From Iphione sp. A-MEVVRFRX5 (taxonomy: Eukaryota), in contig OZ320314.1 in NCBI GenBank assembly GCA_976226885.1, positions 80,910,001-80,974,000 on the forward strand: DNA of 64,000 bases. Reading direction: 5' to 3'. Each line of letters starts with the position of its first letter. Position 1 is the stretch's first letter. The notes below the pieces were generated by a model, which was not told where the DNA came from, ran no database searches, and saw only the letters and a program-made list of their open reading frames with translations. The position numbers were made by a program, and so were the translations under genes. Positions 40,393 through 52,990 of this stretch are shown here, one piece after another.

Positions 40393-43300
40393 AAATCAAA
40401 ACTGGCTCCTATGTGGGAAACATTTTTCCAAATTCCCGTCATCAAGCGACGCCCACTCTTCTATAGTGAGAGAGGAAACCGGGCAAAAATTACCAGTCAG
40501 CTGAATACCGAAACCACGAATGTTTATTTTTATTGTATGACAGTTCCTGCTTCCCCCTTCAGAAGACCTTGCCATGCAGCTTGCCACGATAGTTGTATAT
40601 GTATATATACATGTGTGTATGTATGTATACGGATGATTGCCTGCCAACCAACACAAGAAGTGTTGCGGAGTATTTGATATGGCTGGTTTTCCCACCACTA
40701 CGGGTGGGGGACGTTTAGAGCTGATGTCATTCGGCGGGGAGTTGGCCGTGTAGTCTCCTTCTAGAGAAGGCCACTATTCGCAGCCCACTGCAAGCATCCA
40801 ACACTCGGGGTCCAGCCCCGCACGGCGATATGCCGATCGTGTACCAAGGCGGCTCGCGGATACTATATCATGTCACATAGACAGATGGATTTGCACGACC
40901 AGGATGCTTGCCACCATCAGGGACCACAATCCGGACCCCGGCAGTCCCCTCAGCCCTTTGACATACTGAGCAACCCACCCACCCGCCCAACCACTCAGTT
41001 GTAACGCACACTCCCTTTATTGCACATATGGCAGGGTTGGGAAGTATGTGGTTCCTTGAAAAAAAAACAAAACAGAAACGTCACATTTCCCACACGCCAA
41101 GTTAATATAGCACTAGCCCTTTGAAGCCACAATGCCCCCTCCTTATATGTGGAGACTGGGAGGCTGAATGTTGAAAGTCCACTGTTGATAACCAACCTAC
41201 AAAGGTACACCTAAACTAAAAGAGAGCTCTGTGAGTCCCTTATAGCTAACCCCCCCCCCTCCACCTTTTACCAAAGCCGACACCCTCTTGGGGCCTCTGG
41301 CCAATTTTGATCCCGTCCACTATTTGGTGAAGTCTCAAAGGGATGTGTTTCTATGACAACCATGAGCCCACCCCAGTCAGGCATCCGGGTGTACAGTAAC
41401 GTGCGACCCGGACGTTGCAGACAACCCCGGACAGACTCCCGGCACCAGCCCTCATCGCCCATGCATGTCTCTGAGTTCTCTTCGTGGACATAGCGCAAAT
41501 TCTACCCTCTATGTGCTTCTGTCTGCTTATTATACATAAACACACGCACGATTAGCTGTGTCTGTGAGGAAATAAATGCGTAAATGAGTCACAAGGGGTG
41601 TAGGAAACGGGACAGAAGACAATGTTTACATGGGGAGGAGACCTCCCCCATTTCAAATCGATGCACATGTATTTTGTGGTCCCCTTATTTTCTACTGAAA
41701 CTGTTTTGAAGAAGTTCTCCTCTGTTCTTTGTGCTGCTATGGAGAAAAAACTTCTAAGATGTTCAAATCCACGCTTGCCCCCCCCCCTCCCCCCCCACAC
41801 ACACACAAGCACTCAAACTTCTCCGACAGCAATACAACATGTCAGCATCGGGACCTCCCTATACAGCCGCCGCGAGTGAGCGTATACATGCGTATTTTAT
41901 ACACGAGTGTATGTGTTTGTGTGTGTACATGAAGGCAAGTCGATGCAGGTTGAATGCCAACCCCGCCCGGCACCACTTCATCCGCCCGCAGGTTCCGGAT
42001 CTCCTGCCGCCCCTTTTCTATAATAAGTGCCCAGCGTCAAGGGTAGGGGGATGGGTGGGTGGAGCTGTCATGTGACATGCCCATCCTTAGCATCTTGGTG
42101 TCCGGGTGATTCATGATTATATCTGTATTAAAAACACAGTCGATCCTATCAGCTTTGTCTCTCCTGAAGAAGGTTCTCTTCGTGAAAATGAATCTGTGGA
42201 GAAATTTGTACAATTCTTGGATCGTTTATACATCTGCCAAGGTTTACTACCCTTGCTGGAGGATATAACATAGCCTCGACCTGCCTTACTTGGCCTTGAA
42301 ATTATCCCCCTGCAGACGTTCATAACCCCACTCCCTCCCCCCAAACACACACTCACTTCCCAAACATGTACGTGTATATGAACTTGGCGCTGTTGCTTTG
42401 AGAAGGGGTGAGCAAATCACCACTGGCCTGAATTCTTGGGATTATACCATGCTCATTCTACTCATTATACACTTAACCCAAATACTGGGGACGACATCAG
42501 GAAAGGGGTCAAATTATCGTTAATTACAAAGGCGACATCAGCGGGGCACTAGGATGTGATTAAACTCAAACGGGGGTGGTGAACGATCAAAAGGGCAGAG
42601 GGACAAACGGGGCAATGAGCCGGCACTGTTTAATCGTCACGCACAATTTGGCGAATCACAGGACTGTGAATCTGAGCTATTGATATTAAGTAACAATTAA
42701 TTAATTGTTATTAATCTCGGCTCGCGTGATCACCCGCGTTTGGGGATGGCTGCTGGTTTGCGCTGGGGTGCTGGTAGTTGTAGTGATTGAGAGAAGGGGG
42801 GGGGGGGCATTGCTTCTTTTTCTTTTCTTATTTTTTGTTGTTTCTAGTCTCCCCATGGACAGAGTGCATCATGGTGGAGCATGCTACATGCCCTTTCTCA
42901 AGCATGTAATCGAACGACATCTGCTCATGCAGGACACTAGGAAAAGGGAAAAAACACAGGTCATGATTTCTGCCGCTCCTTTCCCTCTGACCGTGGCAGC
43001 GGACTTCGTAGTTGTACTTTATTGTTATACGGTATACAACAGAACCTCTGTAAACTGCGCATTTGAAACTGCTCACGTGTTCGCGTCTCTCCAGCCATTG
43101 CTTTCGGAGAGAGGGTGTTTGGTACACCGTAACATGATCATAAGGCGCCACCATGATGGTGATATTGTTGAATATGTTACTTATAACAGGCCATCCGTAT
43201 CGTCAGGCAGTCTGCTGACGAATGAATGCCAATGGGTGGAATGATGTGGCACATTAGTCATATTTTCTACTGTGTTCACTGCCGCAACTTGCTAAAAGTG

Positions 43301-46300
43301 AAGAAAGCAATTATTTTAGGATCAGCATAGCTTAGCTAGTGGTTTCGGCCTTAGTTCTTGTCTGTTTTTTCTCAAACACTTCTTCGTTTATTAAAATGAT
43401 AATCTTGTTACATAAAAATTACTGGGCATAATGGAACGTAGAACGAATTTGTAGTTTCAGAGAATGTGAGATGCAGAGAGGTCGCGTGAAGGAAAAATAT
43501 CTGTGGGACAGATAAAAAAAAACTAGATCATGTTAGTAACCTTATAACCTCTCACTATCCAGGGACTGTACAGTACCGTTGAGTGTTGGATTCCACTTCT
43601 ATGGATAATCTATACAAAGTCTATGTAAAGAAAAGTGTGTAGAGAGTGTAGACATTTTGTGTGAAGAAATATATTCATATGAAGTTGTCATATACTACAG
43701 TTGAATACATCTGAGTGGAAATAAACCCACACAGTGTCACGTCTCTTCGGGTATGGGCATATTTACGGGTTACACATATGCTATATATATTTTTGAAGAG
43801 AATAATTTTATTACAAATGGTTTCGAGGGACAGATAATGATCCCCCTAATAATGCTGAAAATTAGGTTGGACAGATTTTATATAGAGGAAATATTACATT
43901 TAGCATGGTAGGATAGATCATCAAAGATGGACCAAACATGATCATATGATATTCTAAATGGTAAACATCATTCTATATTGTCTTGCCTATATATACATAT
44001 ATTCTGCTAAAGATCTATAAAGGAGTGAGAATTTTTTATGTTTATAAACAAGTCCAAAAGCTTTCAGCGTCTTTCCAAAAGTGTAGACAGAAGGTGTTGG
44101 TCAAAAGGAGTGTTATTTTTGCCGAGATGTAAATGTATTTTTCATTCTTGAAGACAATGTAGATAGAAAATATGTGACTTGAGAGTGATCTGTTTGTACC
44201 TTTGCCTGAACACAAGAACCCTTAAATTACCGATGATAAAAAGAAGTAGGCGAAGCACTCCTCATGGTCAGCTTGAACTAAAAAAACTGATCTTGGATTT
44301 TGTCACGTGCGTTGGAACGGTTCCTTTGGTGTGTTTTTACTAGTAAAAGTATGTGACTTCGTATTAAAATGTGTTTGTTATTGATTCCGTATCATAGCTG
44401 CCTAATTTTTGCTTCGATGTTGTCAAACAATAAAATAATCTCAACGATCCATTTTAAATTAACAGATCGTGACATAAGACGTTACGAGAGCTTGGGAAAT
44501 CCTTTTTAGACACCTTTTTGAAGACAAACACTAGTATTTAACGATCATTGAGACACGATGTACTCCTCACTGTAAATAATAGTGTCGTATACATGTCAAA
44601 TTTATTTACAAACAAGTTACTAAATATTTGTCTCTAAAAATGATAAATTGTGGAAGGGTAAAGCTGTACATGTTTCATATGCATATAGGAATGGAGAATA
44701 TCCGTGTACCTTTCAAATGTTAGCTGTATCGCATAAATTAAGTCCACTTCACTCAGTTGCGCTGTCCGGCAGTAATTTTCTATCTTTAAAATTGTGTTTT
44801 TTTAATCTCGCCAGCAAGGGCTAAGACAACGTTTTAGAAGACATCATCAGAACAAATTAGTACACCAGAAAAGGTTATCGAATCGTGTGGGGGGCCATGC
44901 GGTGGTCTAGTAGTAAATTGGACGGGTGTCTACCGGCGAAGCTGAACTGGTTGGAGATAGGTTGTGGTGTGTTGGGCTTTGGATCTCGTCCAGCTCACGG
45001 TATCCCACCTCTTGTTAGCGCGGTGGCGAACGGCAGTCGTCGTGCCTTTGACCTCGAGGGTGGTGGTGGAGAGGGCCATGGCCAACATAGAAACAGGGAG
45101 GCGGGATGGGGGCGGGGGTGGGGGTGGGGGGTATGTCAGGGAGGTGACAAGAGAGGAAATGACTGGACTCGCCCAATCTTCTTCCTTACACCCTCACCTA
45201 TATACATACTGCAGTCGTCCTCCAACCTTGGCGCCACTGACCCCCATTTCCATCCCACCCTGAAGACCTCGAGGCGCTCCGGCCTCGCCTGCGCCGGCAA
45301 ACAACGACCGGGTAATGTGAACGCGTAGGTTGATGATGTCACAGGGGATTTTTGGCAGGAGGACTGATCTAGGCCTACATGTGACATGGCGTCACCCCAC
45401 AAACGTTTTTGTCATTCTACCTGACAGCGTCACTGAATGGATGATGCGTTGTTCTGCTGGGACATGTTGAAAAAAAGGAGGACAAAGTCACATAGAAAGC
45501 GAAGAATTGAGAAAAAGATCTCTGGCTGGAGTGGGAAGAATCCTGGAATAAAGAAACTAACCCAATGGAGGTCATTATATCGAATAAATCACGAACGTAA
45601 TTTAAAGAGTCAAAAAAAGAAACATATACATATAATTCATGACGAAATCTACAGGTCTTCTTGAGAACATCAGTTATACGCAAAACCCCGCCGTCCCTTT
45701 CTATTTGTCCGACTGGGTTCGTACAAGGGCAGAACTAAACCCATAGCAACTAGTTAAAACGGCCACATATTTCCACAGTGACTCCACACGACCCAAAGTT
45801 TGCCCCGGCGGGCACAGCAAAGTGGTACATGGATGGATTCGATTTTTATTTTAGGAGAACCTCAGGCTTCCCAACACTGATTGCGCCGAATTTCACGTCA
45901 TTGTTATTATAAATTTTCGTCAAATAGCTATAGATGAACTAAACGAGGGCCTAGTTACAAATTAGTATCGACTACAGAGGTGCCGTATGACTGAAGCTGT
46001 CTTCGATCTACAATGTGAGGCTATATATACACTAGGTGAATGTCACGAATAGATATATGCATGTCTACAACTGTGTGGTAGATACCCATTTCGTTTCACA
46101 CAGCTAGAAAAAGTAATAATATGAAATTGGTGAAATTATTTTAACGACGTTGTTTAATATAGGGTCATTTAGAGTTTGAGCTCTTTGTCGCTTTGTTTTA
46201 TGCGCCGTGATACGTAAACATGTATTGGTTATTAGGAAATTACACATAGCGCATAGTATTCTACTTGAGTCTACCCCCCAAAAAATGGCATTGCCATCAA

Positions 46301-48235
46301 AATATGCACATAATAGAGGTTTATTTCCCCAATGACAGACGTAATTGGAGAAACTGAAGGGAAACGTAACTATCTGCTATGCACGGAAGTATTGTTATGG
46401 TTTTTCATGTATGGCATGGTGAGGTAACCACAGTCTACAGGCATTGCATGACATCTATGTAAAATGAAAGTGAAAAAATTATGTCCCTATCTATAGTCCG
46501 ATGCTTTAATCAGTATAACATTGGATCGATTTTCAAATACATCCACATTAAAAGGAAAACACCAGCAGGCAGAGAGAAAGAAAATCACAGTGTCTTTTTT
46601 TTAAAGATTTACATGTGTAGATAAAGAAATTTTACTTCTTGACTGTATACATATTCTCTTTCCTGATGGTAATAGACTGAGATGGTTCGCATTTGAATAT
46701 TTAAGCAAAAGCAACGATGGTTACGATACTCGTACGTGATTAATATTAATTATATCAGTAATACCCAGGCTAGAGGTCGTCGTCATAAATACCCCTACCC
46801 TATGGTGGTATGACCTCTCAACCGTCCACACAGAGACTAACAAAACTGCCAGTCATTCCGCCGAATAAATAATATCATGGCCATATGCTAACTCGAGGGT
46901 GAGTGATGGAGACCATATCGGGGGGCAGCAGGCGGCCATGCGTCACGTTGGCTACCTTTTACTATCACCTTTCTCCCCAAGGGTTCTTTGATTGTGACGT
47001 CCACCGGGCCGCTCCATTTAGTCCCCGAGCCATTCCACCCATTTGGGCCACCCGGCGGGCGTGGCGCCACCTCGTGAATAAGGTCGGCAGCCGCAGGGGT
47101 GAGTGTCCGCCTAGGGGCGCTGCAGTCGCGGCAGCGGTGACACCCACCATCCCCCAGGGCGCGCTCGTATCGTGGGACCGGCAAGGGGAAAGGACCAGGA
47201 CCGCCCCCTGGGGGCTTAATGGGAACTTCACTACTCTCCTTCCATGCAATCTTCTATGAAAGTATGCATTTTGAGAGCTTCCTTAGAAGTGTTTTTGTCT
47301 CTCCTTTTTGGTCCCTATATCCGTTAAAAATCTAGTAACAAAATGTTGACCAAGAATCTACGGTACTGACTGTAATCCGATAAATAGACCCCACCATACT
47401 TAACACGAATACCATGTTTCTGTGAGATAATACGTGCAAATAAATTAATAAAAGATCCCTTTAAGGACATACTTATCCATGGACTTGGCTTCCATAGTAC
47501 TACTAGGAATGATAATTTTGGCATCAGATTGTCTTTTGTTCACTTAAGATTATCATTTGTAGGTTATGCGAATTATAACTAAATATTTGATGAAAATGTA
47601 AGAGGGCATTTCACATTCCCAGTATAAAATGAGGAATCTCTATTGTATAGGACGGAGACAAATTCAAGACAGAACACACTTCGCATGGGAAAACCAACCA
47701 TTCCTCAATCGGCGCACCTGTGTTCCAAGTCGGTCCTAGAAAATGAGCATTATTCATGACGGAATTCCATGGCAGCGACCGGGAGCACATTGTAGAACAC
47801 CGAACCTTAAGAAGCGCTGTATTTAAAAAAAGGGCACTGAATAAAAAGTGTCGTTCTTGGCAGAGGAGGGTTTTGGCTCGGGGTCCCGCGGGGTGTGACA
47901 TAAGTGTGTGCCGTGACAGTGACGCGCCGGTCCTTCTTCGGGGAGGGTGGTATAGACCGACGTTGAACGACGGAACAGCGCCCAGCGGGCAGCTTCCCAA
48001 AGTCGTCTGCGTGGAGTCAAACCACAGTGACCCTCGCGCCGGCGGCGTCTGGCTTTTGTAGCGCTGAAATTCGTTATTCGGCGCGTCCCCGGGAGGTTGG
48101 GGAGGCGGGCGGGGGAGGGCCGGGAGCGGACAGCTTCACTGAATCGGATTGCGTGTCATTTGTTTTGATTTAGCCACCTGGGTGGAGGCAGAACTTTATG
48201 CAGACCCTTCCCTCTTTTTTCGTTCTTTACTCCAG

Positions 48236-48268
48236 GCGAAAAGCCAAACTTCCTGAGACCTGGACCAG
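48236..48268 (+). other. Candidate 33-nt microexon of an unidentified plus-strand gene
   Basis: Preceded by CCCTTCCCTCTTTTTTCGTTCTTTACTCCAG and followed by donor CAG|GTAACA. Length is a multiple of 3 and two frames are open (RKAKLPETWT or EKPNFLRPGP). Confidence 0.35.
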
Positions 48269-48699
48269 GTAACATGATGGCAAAAGGGACGGTATCGCCC
48301 CCTGGGTGTTGGGTAGGTTGAACTACAGAGGGAAGCATTGGGCACATCCAGGAACCAAACCATGGAAACTCTGAAAAAAGGGGGACTTTTGGGTCTTAAA
48401 TCTTACTAGTTAAGAGACAGGTATGCTAAAGTATACATTCATCATTCATATTACGCAGCCATGTTTATTTTATATACCTGAATAAGGGCTATCTGAAGGG
48501 ACAGTTAAAATGAAAATTGTACCCGATGGGTCACCTTGCCCGCAGCGAGCCACTGCTGGATGTAAAGTTTGAGGTGATATTAATTTTGCTGTTCTTGTCA
48601 TTGTTTTATTGCGGAATTTGGCATATTTCTTGTCATATCAGAGTAGCGTTGCACACTTCACATGTGCATTGACTGCTTGGGACACTAAACTGTCCATCT

Positions 48700-50790
48700 T
48701 AGTAGTCACGTCCTCTCACCAAGCGAACAATCATTGCTAGAAAAAAAGGCTTAGTTTCTGCCCCACACCAGGAGAAATGGATCTGGGAGAGAAAAAAGGA
48801 GATATGGACAAATTTCATGATAAATTAAGATTTAGAAATTACTTTAAAGATACACCTAAGGGGGAGAATAGTAATGGGCTGATGAAAATAAAAAAAATTA
48901 CACACAAGGACAAACTAATCAAAAGAGGTCCAAATGGCCACCTCTAGTGGAAACAATGATGAATGTAAATGAAATGGACTTAGATAGCATAGTCAGCATG
49001 AACCCACGAAAACAGAATCTTATGAGGGAAGAGAGAGAAAATTGATGAGAACATTATCAGACAACAAAGGGATTGTTATAAAAAAAGGCAGACAAGGGTG
49101 GCGCCATAGTAATTATGGAACATACAGACTACAAAACTGAAGGGTACAGACAATTGAACAATCCAAAATACTACAGACCTTGTGATACACACACCACAAA
49201 TATACACAATACAGAAATAAGAGATATAATAGAAGAATTATTATATGAGAAAGAACTACCTAAAGACATAGGCCCTCTACTGTACTGTACAGAACCGAGG
49301 ACACCAGAGTTGTATCTATTACCCAAGATACACAAAGAACAACACCCATCACCAGGATGCCCTGTTATATCTGCGAATGGTTGCCCCACGGAAACGATCT
49401 CAGCCTATGTAGATGTATTCTTAAGACCTCTAGCTGAAAAAAAAAATCGTTCATAAAAGACACCACTGATTTCCTGACAAGGATTAACAATACAAAAGAA
49501 GGAGACATTCTGTGCACCCTAGACATAACCTCACTCTATACTAATATCCTAAATCAAAAGGGGATAGATGCAGTCAGATACAATCTCGAAAATCGGAGGC
49601 CAAACGGTAGTCAACCGAGCAATGACACAATATTAAAATTGTTAGATGCAGTCCTAAAAAGAACAACTTTAGGTTTAATGGAGAACACTTCTTACAAATC
49701 GGAGGTACTGCAATGGGGACAAGAGTAGCCCCATCAGATGCCAATATATTCATGGGTAAATTTGAGGAGGATCATGTTTACACATATCCCCTACAACCAA
49801 AGCTGTATGTCAGATTTATTGATGATATCTTTTTTATTTGGAATAATGGGAAAGTGACACTGGATGATTTTATACACCATCTGCAAGTGCAATATTAAAA
49901 TATCGGATTCACAGAAAAACAGTCACATGAAAAAATAGAGTTCTTCGATACCATAATAAGTATAAAAAACGGGGATATCCACTCCACATTATACACAAAA
50001 CAATAGATTCAAATATGCTATTACACTATACATCTGCACATCCTCTAAAAATAAAGAAGAACATCCCCTATAGTCAGTTCCTAAGAATCAGAAGGATATG
50101 CAGTAAAAACAAGGAATTTTACAAACATAGTATAAAAAAGGCAGTATCCTTTTTAAGACAAGGGTATCCAGTACACATATTGGCAACAGCTTTACATGAA
50201 AGTGCCAAAAAGACAGAAACACACTATATGTGGAAAACCACAACGAAAAGGCAAGAATAGAAAGAGAGAGTGCTCTAAACATTTTTACAACATATCAACC
50301 AGAAGACAGAAGACAAACATAGAGACAGTGATAAGGAAGAACTGGGAGGTTCTGAAGAAGTCCAGAACCACTAAAGAAATAGCTGACAGTCAATTGATAA
50401 TAGCATATAGAAGACCCAAAAATCTCAGGGATGTCCTAGTACGAGCACGCTTCATAGAACATGACAGGAAACACATGAATACCTCAGAAAAAATGTCTGC
50501 ACTAATTCAAAGTGCAGATATTGCCCACTCCTTGACAAATCAGATGGAGTACAAAATAAAACCACCAAAAGATGGTATGAAAGTAACAAAATTTTCACGT
50601 GTAACAGCAGTAATGTCATCTATGCCATTACATGTAAAACCTGCAGTATCCCATTCGTGGGACAAACAAAACTGAGAATTAAAGACAGATTCTGCAACCA
50701 TTTTTATGATATCAAGAAGAACCTGAGAAAGAACCTCATAACCGAACATTTCAATACAGAAAAACATGGGTATCCAGGATCAGTGTCTAC
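48700..50790 (+). mobile_element. Penelope-like retroelement (RT plus GIY-YIG endonuclease), decayed by frameshifts and stops
   Basis: Collinear PLE motifs across frames: LSPSEQSLLEK.LSFCPTP, TPELYLLPKIHK, PVISANGCPTETISAYVD, FIKDTTDFL, TLDITSLYTNI, GTAMGTRVAPSDANIFMG, RFIDDIFFIW, LHYTSAHP, IPYSQFLRIRRICS, YRRPKNLRDVLVRA, CTNSKCRYC, and NVIYAITCKTCSIPFVGQT followed by RFCNH (GIY-YIG-type). Confidence 0.92.
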
Positions 50791-51999
50791 AATTATATTG
50801 TAATTAAGGGCATTCATGCAAAATACTTATTTTTCTCTCTTATGCTTTGATATCTCTCAACTGCCCCTTCGTGACTTCCTTGAGTATCATAAAATGTAGT
50901 CCCTAAAATGAAGCAAACTTTAGTAGAATGGGGACTGTTCACACTGGTAAGAACTTATTAGTGAACAGGTGTACATGTGCACCGTCATTGCACATGAGAT
51001 GTCTTTCATGATGTAAGGAGGGAGAGAGGCAAGGGAGGGCAGTAGGGGAGACATGCGGTGTAGATGACTGATTTAGGCGGTGTTCACATACATCCTGGTT
51101 TTCCAGATCTGCACAGGGAGATGGGTGCGGATTTTCTTCCAGCCTTTCCTTACCATTGTTTCCATTCACATATTTGCAAATTTCCTGTATCCGCATGCAC
51201 ATTTGGATTTCAAACCTGTTTGGCATGGATATTCTCTGGATCCGCATGCGGATTTCCATAGAATGCAATGGTTAGGAGACATCTGCAGACCATATGGATG
51301 CAATTACTCAGCAGGGAGTATCTCGTGGACCTGCATGTCATCAGGATGCATGTGAACAGTACTTATTTCAGGCTGATGAAAGAATCAAAACTAGGAATTT
51401 AAAATTTAAACATAAACCGGAATATTAGCGAAGAAAAATACACTAAACAATATTTGAACATATAATCTGAATTGGAGCTAGTAAGATAAATAGGTTAGAC
51501 AACAGGTGTACACATGAAACTGGATCTGATGGGCAGGGAACCGATACCTGGGCTGCCTATTGTATAATTCCAAAGAGAACACCAACCGATTAGTATGGTT
51601 GATGTAAGGTTGTACTTTGTATCATCATACCATATCATTTTTATTATTATATCATAACACATCACTTTCTGGGCAAAATGTTACCACTGTTGTGTATAAG
51701 TTCCAGAAATAAAATCATTTGTTACTTTAAAAAAAAACAGGGCCTTAGGCTAAATTGCAGAGATCTTCACGTTATTTGAATACACATTCCCATAACACAC
51801 GTATACATACTCAAACCATCTATTTCCCCCACCATCACTAACTAAAAACAAGCTGCCCATCACCTAACATAGCCAATCCTCCTCCATCAAGCCTGACTGC
51901 AGCTGGTGTCCATAGAGTAACCTGAAAGCCATGACTAGTGATAGGTAAAAAAAGTGATTTTAGGAAGGTGAAGAATGGACTCTTCACCCTATGTGAGAG

Positions 52000-52990
52000 G
52001 GCGCAGTGAGTGATGACCTAGTTATGTACTGCCTTGACATTCCAGTGACAGTCTGCACTGACTGTTATCTAAAAACACTGATCTTTCTACTGCTATCATT
52101 TTGTCAGTTCTGTACAGAAATACTGCATACTTTGAGCAAGTAATCTTTAATATCCCAGCTACACATATGTCAAAGCATTTCTTCCCACCTTTCACTATTT
52201 TTTAACAGTGGCAGGAGAAACATCACCCTCTTTCTTCTAGTCTGCAAGCTAAGCCATGTGTTTCCAGCTTGTCGAGGCCTCTTCAGTGCACATGCTCTGT
52301 GTCCCAGTTACCTTCCAGAATGACAAAACTTGTATCATTGTAACCCCTGAGGTGAAGGGTCCACTGAAGTTCAAGCCAAGTAACTGGGTAATGAGAAAGG
52401 GAGATGATACGAAACCAGACAAATTGGCCTGTCTGGTATCGCCAGGTAGTAATCTGCATGGGCTCTATTTATTGAGGAAATCTATTGGAGTCACTTCCAA
52501 GGCAAATGCTGTCTCCAAGATGCTCTTCAGTTTGCACTCATGGGTGTGTATCTGTGAGCATGTAGATGTCGCCTGGACCTAGGATCAGTTGTAGTTGAGT
52601 AATGGACTGGCCATGAAAGCTAATTTGAGCTTTTGGGAGGCCTAATGATTCAGCAATGTCAGTTTTTCCTGTTGCTAACTGTTTTCAGAGGATACTGTAG
52701 GTATGTAGGGTACGCTCTTTTGCATATTATAATCTTTTGCCATTGAGTAACCTAGATTTCTGTGGATAATGGTTAGCATGTGATGCATAACTGACATAGC
52801 CAGATTGGAAGTGAATGAGTTGGCTGCAGTCCTGAAGTAACTGACATGTTCATTCATCTAAGATGTCAATAATTTTAAGACGTAGTTTAGGCTTCCTTCT
52901 CTGTTGGCATCTACGATAGTCCTGCTCTTGGGCTGTTGGATATCTAGTCTTTTTCCTTCTGTTGCTCAGTTTCCTCAAGAGCTTTGTGTA
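52000..52990 (-). mobile_element. Highly degraded non-LTR (RTE/CR1-like) reverse transcriptase fragment
   Basis: Fragmentary minus-strand translations occur in the order expected for a LINE RT: ALRKLSNRRK, STCSQIHT..ILE..PIDF, MCTEEAST.WKHMA, and NALTYV...HWNVKAVHN.V. There are many stops and frameshifts, and the match is by recollection of consensus. Confidence 0.45.

Noticed and set aside
44890-44960. GCGGTGGTCTAGTAG resembling a tRNA/SINE A-box
   Set aside because: No B-box (GTTCRANNC) at a suitable distance and no cloverleaf.
51376-51395. CTGATGA near the Penelope-like element
   Set aside because: No stem II or GAAAC follows, so it is not a hammerhead. The same applies to CTGATGA at ~21921 and ~37904.
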